Shown here: one piece after another, positions 36,004 through 45,806 of the stretch
Numbering within the stretch: position 1 is the first letter of the stretch
Layout of the letters: every line of letters begins with the position of its first letter
NCBI GenBank assembly: GCA_900546225.1
Contig: URBZ01000001.1
Coordinates: 85,124 to 149,123, forward strand
DNA from: an uncultured Rickettsiales bacterium
Lineage (GTDB): Bacteria > Pseudomonadota > Alphaproteobacteria > Rs-D84
Length of the DNA stretch: 64,000 bases
Direction of reading: 5' to 3'
Translations under genes and position numbers: made by a program
The notes under the pieces: model-generated
What the model was told of the DNA's origin: nothing
What the model saw: the letters and a program-made list of their open reading frames with translations, nothing else
Database searches by the model: none

Positions 36004-38919
36004 ATGAAAGGGATTAAACTGTTTTTCGCTGTGTGTCTGGGCATTGGCGCGGCTTTTGGCGCAAATGCCACGGATTCTGACGCCACCGCGCGCGCGGCGA
36101 CGCGTCGCACATCGGGCACTGTTTCGACCCGTGGCGCACAATCTGCGGCAACCGCACGTGGCACGGCGCCTAGCACGCAAACGTCACAAAAGGCGTCCCA
36201 AAATCCACGTAATCGCGCATCAACAAATTCCCGCGACACCGCCACCAACGCGTCGGCAATCACATCGGGACGCAGTGCGATTACTGCGATATCACCACGC
36301 ACAACATCAACCGTTCAATCACGCGCAACCGCCCCCGCCACCACGGCCAAGGGGGTAATTACCCGCACCGCAACCACGCCCACGCGAACCACATCGCGCA
36401 CCACAACCACGGCAACAACAAATGCACGCACGACCCGCACCGCGGGCGTTCGCACAACTGCTGCGCGTGCCGCCACTGATACAGAAACAACAAAACTGAC
36501 CGCATCAGACATCATAAATCGCGATTATAAAAAGTGTCGCGAGGTGTACTATAACTGCATGGACGAATTTTGCGCGAACAAGGACAGCCAACTGAAACGC
36601 TGTGCATGTTCGTCACGCGTCAACGAATTTGACAGTGCCAAGAAAAACCTGAGCACGGTCGAAGAAAAAATGTTGGATTTCAACCAACGCTTGCTGACCG
36701 TCAACATGGACAAAGAAGATGCCGCCGCATTGAACAAGGCGACCGAGGGCGAAACCGCATTTCAGAAAAAAGATACGTCAAAATCCAAACAGATGCTGGA
36801 CGAAATTGCCAAGAAATTAAATACCAGTTTCAACGACAACAATTTCAACCAATCGCTGGGCGCGATATCATTGTCATTAAACGCCGACGCGGCATTTGAT
36901 ACGGTGGATTCTTTGTCGGGCGCATCCACCACGGCCAAGACCGGCACAGCCCTGTATTCTGCGGCATTGCCAATTTGTCGCGAAATGGCAGCAGAGGTTT
37001 GCACCGACGACGAATTACCCATTGTCGAAAGCGGCTATCAAATGACAATCGAACAGGATTGCAACACGGTCGCAAAATCATACGAAACCCAGAATGATCA
37101 AGCCCGCGAAAAATTACGCGAGGGCAGCGCGCTGCTGGACATGTCACGTTTGGACATTTACCAGAAACGCAATTCCGATGACATTTTGACATGCAAGCAA
37201 AAGATGCTGACCATGCTGACGGATTCGACCGTATGTGGCACAAATCTGGACAAATGTTTGGACACCACGGGCCGTTACATCGACCCATCAACGGGCGAAG
37301 CGTTCTTGACATCTGAATTGTCAAACCTCAGCAATTTAATCAGCCGCCCCGACACCGACCAATCGTGGACAAGCGTCCCTGGGAATCAGGCATTTGTTTC
37401 CTACTTAAATTCAAAAAAGAAATTCCTAGAACCCGCAATGGAAAATTGCCAAGACATCGCCGACAGCGTATGGGACGCATTTGTCGAAGATGCGTTGGCA
37501 CAAATCAAGTTGGCCCAAGACAGCAAACTGGAAGAAGTCCGCCAGAGTTGTACAACCCTGACCGCACAGTGTTTAACCGACACCGCAAAAACATTACAGG
37601 ACTTTGATGCGCGCGCCCTGTCCACATTTGGCGTGGCGGCCGACCGCACCGTAAACGCAATGTGCGCCGATGTCCGCAATGCGTGCAGCGCACTGTTAAA
37701 GACAACGGGCGGCGACGTTGATTGGAACACCGGCGTCAGCGACATTACCACGGACAAGACATACGACACAGTAATGCAGACGTGCCGCGAAATTGGGCGT
37801 GCATGCATTATTCAGTCGTGCAAGTCAATTTCTGGTAACTTTGGTCTGTGCGAAAACATTCAAACATCGGTCAACCGCAAGTCCATCATCAACCGTACGG
37901 CCTGTTGGGACGAGGTCAAAGAATGTGTGGCCAGCGCAGGCAGCGAATCGGTTGAAAACATTTGGGCACGTTTGCTGGCCGCCGAAACAATCCAGAACGG
38001 CACATTCTATAACATGATGTACGGTTATGAACCCAGCGATGATGCACCAATTTATGACATTTGCGCGGCCGATAAAGAATGCGAAATTACAGACAGCACA
38101 GAATGCAAGGTTTGCCGTATCTCTGAACGTCTGTGGGGTAATTGCGAATACAGCCCTGTCACCCTGTTGCAAGACGACGATTCGCACAACAAGATTATTA
38201 TGGACGGCGATACGGAAACATTGCTGAAATGGTTTGCGAAAAATACCGGCACATCACAAAAGGCCGACAGTTGCCGCGACACATCATGTGCAATCGGATT
38301 TATTCCACTGGAAGATAACGGGACAATTTCATGTCTGCCCAGCAGCAGTATGTCTTCTGATGGCAAGGCGTGTGCCGATAAAACATTTGTTGTCGGAACA
38401 AACAATGATGGTACAAAATTCACCAACTGTTGCCAGACGAATAAAAAAGATGCATTTGGCAACTGCTGCGCCAGCGACACGGTAACCATAAATGACCGAG
38501 AACTATGCTTGCCAGCCAGTTCTGCTAATGGTGTATCAACCGAATCATTTATCTTTAATAACAATGACGCATATTACCCAAATGCCAGTTATAAATTAGT
38601 CTGCACCAGCGGGGACATAATCGCCGGCGGAACTCCAGATCCAGCCAACGGATTTCCAAGCGGAAACACGGTAACATGCAAAGGGGGGCGTTTTGTACTG
38701 ATTACCACACAATTCCCATATTATGTGACGCCGCAATACACCGGTAAAGGTACGTATTCGCCATACCCTGCCGCATCATATAATGCCGACAATGATACAA
38801 AGTGCACCATGAGCTGCACCACGGCGGATGGTTGCAAGTTTGAAGAAGGCGTTGCCACAAAAGCAGACCCAACAAAATGCCTGCCTGCCCAACCAACCCA
38901 CTGGTTGGTGACACCGTGA
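36004..38919 (+). CDS. large secreted protein: Thr/Ala/Arg-rich low-complexity region followed by a long Cys-rich region
   Basis: Signal peptide MKGIKLFFAVCLGIGAAFGANA. About 140 aa of T/A/R repeats. More than 50 Cys. Confidence 0.6.
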   Translation: MKGIKLFFAVCLGIGAAFGANATDSDATARAATRRTSGTVSTRGAQSAATARGTAPSTQTSQKASQNPRNRASTNSRDTATNASAITSGRSAITAISPRTTSTVQSRATAPATTAKGVITRTATTPTRTTSRTTTTATTNARTTRTAGVRTTAARAATDTETTKLTASDIINRDYKKCREVYYNCMDEFCANKDSQLKRCACSSRVNEFDSAKKNLSTVEEKMLDFNQRLLTVNMDKEDAAALNKATEGETAFQKKDTSKSKQMLDEIAKKLNTSFNDNNFNQSLGAISLSLNADAAFDTVDSLSGASTTAKTGTALYSAALPICREMAAEVCTDDELPIVESGYQMTIEQDCNTVAKSYETQNDQAREKLREGSALLDMSRLDIYQKRNSDDILTCKQKMLTMLTDSTVCGTNLDKCLDTTGRYIDPSTGEAFLTSELSNLSNLISRPDTDQSWTSVPGNQAFVSYLNSKKKFLEPAMENCQDIADSVWDAFVEDALAQIKLAQDSKLEEVRQSCTTLTAQCLTDTAKTLQDFDARALSTFGVAADRTVNAMCADVRNACSALLKTTGGDVDWNTGVSDITTDKTYDTVMQTCREIGRACIIQSCKSISGNFGLCENIQTSVNRKSIINRTACWDEVKECVASAGSESVENIWARLLAAETIQNGTFYNMMYGYEPSDDAPIYDICAADKECEITDSTECKVCRISERLWGNCEYSPVTLLQDDDSHNKIIMDGDTETLLKWFAKNTGTSQKADSCRDTSCAIGFIPLEDNGTISCLPSSSMSSDGKACADKTFVVGTNNDGTKFTNCCQTNKKDAFGNCCASDTVTINDRELCLPASSANGVSTESFIFNNNDAYYPNASYKLVCTSGDIIAGGTPDPANGFPSGNTVTCKGGRFVLITTQFPYYVTPQYTGKGTYSPYPAASYNADNDTKCTMSCTTADGCKFEEGVATKADPTKCLPAQPTHWLVTP

Positions 38920-39250
38920 TATGATTTTTATCCTAGTGTTTTGTTTTTGCACAATTATTACTTGACAAACGAACGCTTTTTGGCTACATTTTGTTATGAC
39001 TAAGAGCAGAAAACACATACAACCAAACGAGTTGCCAGATGTTCTATTCATGTCGCATTACCGAATTTTGCCCCATTGGGGTGGGTGGCGGTGCGCCCTG
39101 CGTGGCATTTGCGACAAGTGGGGGCGTCGTGTGTTTTTACCATAAATAATTGCGAGAGAGTCCGTAAGTTTTTACGGACTCTTTTGCTTTATAGGCCATA
39201 TTGGGAATAAATCCCCAGTGGCCCAAGACCAAAAAAAGGGGGTTCTTGAA

Positions 39251-39688
39251 ATGATGACAGTCAAAAAAACAATTCCATATAAATTACGTGCCGGCATACC
39301 TGCACTGATGCTGGCGGGCGCAACGCTGTTTGGCGGATGTGGCAAAGAAGACATTGAAAAACACGATGTCGACCTCCCTTGGTATTATGGTTATTATGAC
39401 AACATTCGGGCAGATAACGTCCAACGCTATCTGGACGATCCATCGGTGGGTAATGTTTATTTGCACGTGCACCAAGAAATAATCAACGCATATAGCGTAT
39501 GGTATAGCTTGACAGCCGAAGATATTCATCACAAATTGTATGGCAGAACACTGGCACCATTGGTTGGTAAAGACCCCAATCGTGTATTTGGACGCGGCAA
39601 CTTTGAATTTACCCCCGGCGCATGCTCACGCGCCGACAGTTTATGGTTCACCCAGCATGGCTGGACAGTAAACCAGAACCAACGATAA
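39251..39688 (+). CDS. lipoprotein, tandem paralog 1
   Basis: Lipobox LFGGC. Shares the C-terminal IFGRGNFEF..C.R.DSLWF.Q.GWT.N block with the next gene. Confidence 0.55.
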   Translation: MMTVKKTIPYKLRAGIPALMLAGATLFGGCGKEDIEKHDVDLPWYYGYYDNIRADNVQRYLDDPSVGNVYLHVHQEIINAYSVWYSLTAEDIHHKLYGRTLAPLVGKDPNRVFGRGNFEFTPGACSRADSLWFTQHGWTVNQNQR

Positions 39689-39716
39689 CCCAACACAAAA
39701 CCGCAGGAGTTTTATT

Positions 39717-40157
39717 ATGAAATTCACAAAGAAAATCCCATATGCATTAAAATGCGCCATTCCAACCGCGATGATGGCGGCCGCGACAATGTTTGGCGGA
39801 TGCCAGAAAGAAGAAAATCCAAAGCATGATGTGGAATTAAAATTCGGTGGTTATTACGGCGCAGAAGTCACCGCAGAAAATATTAAAAGTAAACTGGCAG
39901 ACCCAACCGTCAACAATATCTATCTGCGTGCAATGGATGACGGCTCTTTATGGTATAAACAAGATGACGGTTGGATATATCCCGAAGACCTGCGCTGGGA
40001 TATAGAACCAATTATAAATATAGCCCCTGATCGTATATTTGGACGCGGTAATTTGGTATTTGAGGTTGGCATGTGTTCCCGCAAAGACAGTTTGTGGTTT
40101 GTTCAGCGCGGGTGGACAATCAATCGACAAAATCAAATTCCGCAAAAACAGCGTTAA
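39717..40157 (+). CDS. lipoprotein, tandem paralog 2
   Basis: Lipobox MFGGC. Paralogous to the preceding gene. Terminator at 40150-40185. Confidence 0.55.
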   Translation: MKFTKKIPYALKCAIPTAMMAAATMFGGCQKEENPKHDVELKFGGYYGAEVTAENIKSKLADPTVNNIYLRAMDDGSLWYKQDDGWIYPEDLRWDIEPIINIAPDRIFGRGNLVFEVGMCSRKDSLWFVQRGWTINRQNQIPQKQR

Positions 40158-40223
40158 AAAACGCGCCATTTTGGCGCGTTTTTTATTGATTTACCCGCGA
40201 TAATTTTCTAGTATTACCCTGAG

Positions 40224-41552
40224 ATGAGAAAACTGATATCGCTTTTTTTATCATTGTTTATATCTGTACCCACGTTTGCAGTGGTTACAGACGAGGAATG
40301 CCGCAGCAAGAGCAAAAGTGAATGCGGCGCAACGGCTGGTTGTGGCTGGGAAAAGTCATCTGGTGTTCTTGGGGGGTCTCGTTCATGCAAGGCATGCCAG
40401 AAAGACGAGTACAGTGAAAAGGTTACCAGTACAGATAACAATGCACTGGAGTGCAAACAATGTTCCGGCATCACCCAATACACAAACCCTGATACCGGCG
40501 AAGTTGTCACATACGGTTCTAATTATTACAAATACACTTTGGGCGCAGGTCGAACTATAACCGACTGCTATGCAAATTGTGAATTGATGGTAAACAATTT
40601 ACCAGAAAGCACCGGAAAATGGGTATTAGCAGGTCCTGCTACAGCATATTATCCAAACAAATGCCAATTTGCATGTTATGCATCCAGCGACTATTACAAC
40701 ACGTGCGTATCATATTACCACCCATGGAAAGACAAAGCACAAGAACGGGACACAACTGTATGCGAACCCAGTTGGATTTTTATGAACAGCCCCGCAGAAA
40801 TTGCGTCCAAATTGCCCAATGATGCAACCAGTGATGACACATATTTTTGCAAAAATGCGCAAACGGGTATTTATATGTTGCTGCAACCATCGGGAATAAC
40901 AATAATGTGTTCTGCACAGTCGTGCCAAACTGGTTACCATTTGGTAAGTGTTAAAAGTTTGATAAATGATTCGTTGCCCGGCAGTGACGCCAATGAATAT
41001 TACTGTAAATCAGACACGCTAAATATTCCAAACGCAACATTATTCCAAACATGTGTATCTGATACACACCCATGTTCCGATGATTTCGGCACAGAGTGCA
41101 AAATCACAATTAATAATGTACAAAAAACCGGTACGGTTGGTGGTAACGCGGTATGGAATGGTATCAACGCATACAAAACCGACCAATGCACATGCACGGT
41201 TTCCGACGACGTTGCGACCACGGGCACATATAAACATGTATGCAAACGTTCAACCACATCTAATACTTGGGACGGGGCCAGTTGTGAAACAACCATAAAA
41301 ACATGCAATTCGGGCTATTGCATCGTTGGTTATGATGCCAATAACAAACACCAAACATGCGACACCGCACCAAAGGGATATTACAGCGATGGTCGTGGTG
41401 TTCTGGAATGCGACAAATGTCCCGCCGGAAAAACCACTGCAAGCACGGGCCGCACATCCGTCGGCGAATGCACGTACAGCACAGAAACACAATTCTGTGA
41501 CGGTGACGGTGTCGATTGTTTCAAACTGAATTACAGCAGTTTAGGCAGCTAA
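40224..41552 (+). CDS. secreted Cys-rich protein with ephrin-receptor/TNFR-like (GCC2_GCC3-type) Cys motifs
   Basis: Signal peptide. Motifs such as CDTAPKGYYSDGRGVLECDKCPAGKTT. Confidence 0.55.
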   Translation: MRKLISLFLSLFISVPTFAVVTDEECRSKSKSECGATAGCGWEKSSGVLGGSRSCKACQKDEYSEKVTSTDNNALECKQCSGITQYTNPDTGEVVTYGSNYYKYTLGAGRTITDCYANCELMVNNLPESTGKWVLAGPATAYYPNKCQFACYASSDYYNTCVSYYHPWKDKAQERDTTVCEPSWIFMNSPAEIASKLPNDATSDDTYFCKNAQTGIYMLLQPSGITIMCSAQSCQTGYHLVSVKSLINDSLPGSDANEYYCKSDTLNIPNATLFQTCVSDTHPCSDDFGTECKITINNVQKTGTVGGNAVWNGINAYKTDQCTCTVSDDVATTGTYKHVCKRSTTSNTWDGASCETTIKTCNSGYCIVGYDANNKHQTCDTAPKGYYSDGRGVLECDKCPAGKTTASTGRTSVGECTYSTETQFCDGDGVDCFKLNYSSLGS

Positions 41553-42077
41553 TAAATCGTCCAATTTTAATTCTGAAATCACGGCGGAAATTTTCTGCAT
41601 CTGGTCATCAGGGATTTTCCCCAGCACCCAATCCGCCGGCGACATTTGCAATGAAAAATCACGCGGGTGGGCGATGCCAATTCTGATGCGGCGATAATCA
41701 CGACCAACCGCGGCATCTATGGATTTTATGCCATTGTGCCCTGCACTGCCGCCACCAATTTTGGTGCGCGTTGCGCCAACTGGCAAATCCATATCGTCAT
41801 GAATCACGACCAGATTTTCCAGTGGCACATCATAGAATTTCATCAGTGGCCCTACCGCATCCCCCGACAGGTTCATAAACGTTTGCGGCATTGCGAATAT
41901 AACCCGACGGCCGCCAACATTCTGCGTTGAAACCAGCGCATTTTTCTGATTCTTCCACGCGGCGTCCCCGCCCGCCAAATGCGACACCGCCATGAATCCA
42001 ACATTGTGGCGCGTGCGCGCGTATTCGGCCCCTGGGTTGCCCAATCCAACAATCAAAACAGGTTTATTTTCTTGCAT
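41541..42077 (-). CDS. pth: peptidyl-tRNA hydrolase
   Basis: LIVGLGNPGAEYARTRHNVGF signature. Confidence 0.9.
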   Translation of the reverse strand: MQENKPVLIVGLGNPGAEYARTRHNVGFMAVSHLAGGDAAWKNQKNALVSTQNVGGRRVIFAMPQTFMNLSGDAVGPLMKFYDVPLENLVVIHDDMDLPVGATRTKIGGGSAGHNGIKSIDAAVGRDYRRIRIGIAHPRDFSLQMSPADWVLGKIPDDQMQKISAVISELKLDDLLAA

Positions 42078-42124
42078 ATTGACATCTCTTTTTTCTATTA
42101 TGATATCATACAAAGGAGAAAAAT

Positions 42125-42664
42125 ATGAATATAAAAACAATCGGCGCATTTGGTCTGGCGTCTGTTTTGTTTACTGGCGCGGCAAATGCGGGCAACATGT
42201 TGTTTGACTTTTATGCTGGCGCAACGGTTGGTGCGGGTGCGGCATCATTTTTGGCCGACGATTCCGAAACCAAAAACTCCCAGTCGTATGGGCTGGTTGC
42301 GGGCTTGGATATTCCTGCCCTGCGATTTGAAGTGGAATATAATTACATCAACAACGACATTGCAAAAACCAACATCGGTATGGTCAATGCATATTTCAAA
42401 ATGCCATCAACGGTCGTTCACCCATACTTGGGCGTCGGCGTTGGCGCGGTATTCGGCGGCAGTGTTGACATTTATGACGTTGATATTGACACAGGCGCGG
42501 CATATCAGGGTATGTTGGGGCTGACATTTGACATTCCGGTATTGCCAATCAAGATTGACACCGAAGGTCGCGTTCTGTACGCGCCCGACGTATTTCAGGT
42601 TGGCAACCAGAAACCAGACCTGTTGCAATACGACGCGCGTATTAAATTACGCTATATATTCTAA
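42125..42664 (+). CDS. small outer-membrane beta-barrel protein (OmpA-like/Omp25-type porin family)
   Basis: Signal peptide. Ends ...LRYIF. Confidence 0.6.
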   Translation: MNIKTIGAFGLASVLFTGAANAGNMLFDFYAGATVGAGAASFLADDSETKNSQSYGLVAGLDIPALRFEVEYNYINNDIAKTNIGMVNAYFKMPSTVVHPYLGVGVGAVFGGSVDIYDVDIDTGAAYQGMLGLTFDIPVLPIKIDTEGRVLYAPDVFQVGNQKPDLLQYDARIKLRYIF

Positions 42665-42718
42665 TCACAAACGGGGGCGCGTTGCGCCCCCGCAATGGCT
42701 GATGGGGAATGGGAAAAA

Positions 42719-45499
42719 ATGCTGACACTGATTGATGGAAATTCATTATTATTTCGCGCATATTATGGCGTGCACAGCCGCCTGACACGCAGCGATGGCA
42801 CACCCACGGGTGCGGTATATGGATTCCTGAATATGGTGTTGCCTATATTGGCGGCGGCAAAACCTGATGATGCATTTGTATGCGTGTTTGATGCGTCCCG
42901 CACCACATTCCGCCAAGATATTTACCCCGCATACAAGGCGAATCGCACCGAAACCCCAGCCGACCTGATCACACAATCATATATGGTACGCGAAGCGGTG
43001 GCGGCAATGGGCATGCCTGTTTTGTGCATACCAATGGTCGAAGCCGATGATGTCATCGCAACACTGGCACGTCTGAACTGCAATGCGCCACGCGCCACCC
43101 GCATTATCACCAGCGACAAAGATTTAATGCAACTGGTGTCTGAATGTGTATTTTTGTACGACGGCATGAAACAGCGCGAAATTCACGCCGACGGCGTGAT
43201 GGAAAAGTTTGGCGTTACGCCCGACCGCGTGGTTGATGTACAATCACTGATGGGCGATTCGTCTGATAATGTCCCCGGCGTTGCTGGCATTGGGCCAAAG
43301 CGTGCGGCAGAACTGATAAACCGATTCGGAACACTGGACGGATTATACGAACATCTGGACGAAGTGGAAAACGCGCGCATTCGCGAACTGTTGCGTGCGA
43401 ATCGCGACATGGCATATATCTCGCGCAAATTGGTCACGTTAAAAGATGACGTGGATTTGTCCGATTTGGTTATCACACCATTTGTATTTAACACGCCCGC
43501 AGCATTGGAATACGTACGTACCAAGTTAGAGAGTAATTCATTAGCGGCCAAGATTGAAAAACTGTTTCCAATGGACAAATTCAATCCCGACGCGGTGCAT
43601 GATTTTTCGTATGCCGCATCCGCATGTCCAACCGAAATTGTGCCCACCCCCGTTGCGACAAACACCCCCGCCCCCGCGCCCCAGATGACGTATGAAACAA
43701 TTACAACCGTGGCGGCACTGGATGAATTTTTGGGCCGCATAAAAAATATTGTCGCCATTGATACAGAAACAACAGGGTTAAATCCTATGTCTGCGCAAAT
43801 GGTTGGATTGTCGCTGGCGGCGGACGCATTGCACGGGGCATACATTCCGCTGCAACACATGACAACAGGCGGCGATTTATTTGCCACGGCACACATCGCA
43901 CCGAATCAGTTACCGATTGATACGGTCTATGCGCACCTGCGCCCTGTATTGGGAAATCCCAATATTACCAAGGTTGGGCATAATCTGAAATTTGACCTGC
44001 ATATTATGGCAAACGCTGGTTGGGACGTCGCAAAAATAGCCCCGATTGATGATACAATGTTGCTGTCTTATGCGCTGTTTGGGTCACTGCACGGGCATGG
44101 CTTGGACGAATTGGCACTGAAATATCTGGGGCACGAAAACATTCATTTTGCCGCCCTGTTCCCCGCCGGCACGCGCGACGCCGACATGCACTTTGACGCA
44201 TTGCCGATTGATACCGCGACCCCATATGCGGCCGAAGATGCCACGGTATGTATGGCACTGTACGAATACATGCGCCCGAAATTAGATGCAAATGCAAAAC
44301 TGCGCGAACTGTACGAAACATGTGATTTGCCATTGATGCCGGTACTGCTGAAAATGGAACGCGCGGGGGTACTGGTCAATCGGGACGGACTGCGCCAACT
44401 GTCGGGTGCATTTCACGACACACTGGAAAAAACAGAACAAGAAATTTATGCATTGGCCGGTCACGAATTTAACATCGCCAGTCCAAAGCAACTGGGTGCG
44501 GTGCTGTTCGATGAACTGAAACTGCCGGCGAATAAAAAGCGTTCGACCGATGCCGAAACATTGAATGAAATGGCGGACGCCCATCCGATTATTGACAAGA
44601 TTCTGGCATGGCGTTCTGTGGCCAAGTTGGCGGGCACATACGCGGACGCATTGCCGCGGCAAATTGCACCCGATGGTCGCATTCATACCACTTATTTGCA
44701 GACCAGTACGAACACCGGCCGCCTGTCCAGTCGCGATCCAAATCTGCAAAATATTCCTATTAAAACAGAACTGGGCGAACAGATACGTAAATGCTTTGTC
44801 GCGCCCGCGGGCCGCACACTGATTTCGGTCGATTATTCCCAGATTCAACTGCGCCTGTTGGCGGACGTGGCAAATGTCAAGACATTCAAAGAAACTTTTC
44901 TGGCGGGCACGGACATTCACGAACAAACCGCCCGAAAAATATTCGGACTTGCGTCTGACGCGCCTGTGCCACGCGAAATGCGCCGTGCGGCAAAAACCGT
45001 GAACTTTTCAATCATATATGGCATATCGTCATTTGGGCTGTCGGGTCAACTGGGTATATCGCGCGCCGCCGCCGCTGAATTGATAAACACATATATGGCG
45101 GGCCTGCCAGAAATTGGCGAATACATTCAAAGCACCAAAGATTTCGCAATGGAAAACGCATGCGTCTATACCCCATGGGGTCGCCGCATCGAATTGCCAG
45201 AGGTTCGCAATCCCCGCCTGCGCGCGTATGCGATGCGCGCCGCGGTCAACGCCCCAATCCAAGGGTTCGAGGCCGACCTGATGCGTCGTGCAATGGTTGA
45301 AATTGATAAAACATTGATGCAACCAAACGCCGATAAAATCAAAATGATTATGCAGGTTCACGACGAAATGGTGTTTGAATGCGACGCGGCGGTGGCCGAA
45401 CAGTTCGCCAAACAAATTGAATCCGCGATGGAAAACGTTGCGAAAATATCTGTTCCATTGGCCGCCGAATACACAATCAGCCAACAATGGGGGAAATAA
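42719..45499 (+). CDS. polA: DNA polymerase I
   Basis: 5'-3' exonuclease N-terminus (LIDGNSLLFRAYYG). 3'-5' exonuclease region. Polymerase motifs (RRAAKTVNFSIIYG, QVHDEMVFE). Confidence 0.9.
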   Translation: MLTLIDGNSLLFRAYYGVHSRLTRSDGTPTGAVYGFLNMVLPILAAAKPDDAFVCVFDASRTTFRQDIYPAYKANRTETPADLITQSYMVREAVAAMGMPVLCIPMVEADDVIATLARLNCNAPRATRIITSDKDLMQLVSECVFLYDGMKQREIHADGVMEKFGVTPDRVVDVQSLMGDSSDNVPGVAGIGPKRAAELINRFGTLDGLYEHLDEVENARIRELLRANRDMAYISRKLVTLKDDVDLSDLVITPFVFNTPAALEYVRTKLESNSLAAKIEKLFPMDKFNPDAVHDFSYAASACPTEIVPTPVATNTPAPAPQMTYETITTVAALDEFLGRIKNIVAIDTETTGLNPMSAQMVGLSLAADALHGAYIPLQHMTTGGDLFATAHIAPNQLPIDTVYAHLRPVLGNPNITKVGHNLKFDLHIMANAGWDVAKIAPIDDTMLLSYALFGSLHGHGLDELALKYLGHENIHFAALFPAGTRDADMHFDALPIDTATPYAAEDATVCMALYEYMRPKLDANAKLRELYETCDLPLMPVLLKMERAGVLVNRDGLRQLSGAFHDTLEKTEQEIYALAGHEFNIASPKQLGAVLFDELKLPANKKRSTDAETLNEMADAHPIIDKILAWRSVAKLAGTYADALPRQIAPDGRIHTTYLQTSTNTGRLSSRDPNLQNIPIKTELGEQIRKCFVAPAGRTLISVDYSQIQLRLLADVANVKTFKETFLAGTDIHEQTARKIFGLASDAPVPREMRRAAKTVNFSIIYGISSFGLSGQLGISRAAAAELINTYMAGLPEIGEYIQSTKDFAMENACVYTPWGRRIELPEVRNPRLRAYAMRAAVNAPIQGFEADLMRRAMVEIDKTLMQPNADKIKMIMQVHDEMVFECDAAVAEQFAKQIESAMENVAKISVPLAAEYTISQQWGK

Positions 45500-45569
45500 A
45501 CGCCCGCGCACGACATTTTGCACTTGATTTCAGGTGCGACATTCTGTACAATCGCCCATGCAACCACGC

Positions 45570-45658
45570 GGAGCGTTGCCAGAGTGGTAATGGAGCGGAT
45601 TGCTAATCCGTCATGGGGTTAAACTCATGCATAGGTTCGAGTCCTATACGCTCCGCCA
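45570..45658 (+). tRNA. tRNA-Ser (anticodon GCU), type II
   Basis: Acceptor GGAGCGT/ACGCTCC, anticodon loop UUGCUAA, long variable arm, discriminator G, CCA. Confidence 0.8.
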
Positions 45659-45806
45659 GAATTGCATTATTCTGATATGACAATTAAATTTATGACTTTT
45701 TGTTGTTGTCGCTAAGATTCGCCGTGCAGACAGGCATTATTTCGTTTGCAAAAAATCCAACTATTTACTAACATTTTTTTAATATGAACAGCAAAGGAAG
45801 CGCACT

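Noticed and set aside
42660-42700. GC-rich hairpin gggggcgcgttgcgccccc after the OMP gene, considered as a terminator
   Set aside because: No U-run follows on either strand. It overlaps the polA start region. Possibly a REP-like hairpin, but an intrinsic terminator is not supported.
45660-45806. Intergenic region after tRNA-Ser inspected for integrase or an att-site island
   Set aside because: No integrase, phage genes or direct repeat of the tRNA 3' end were seen. The next gene is housekeeping cysS.
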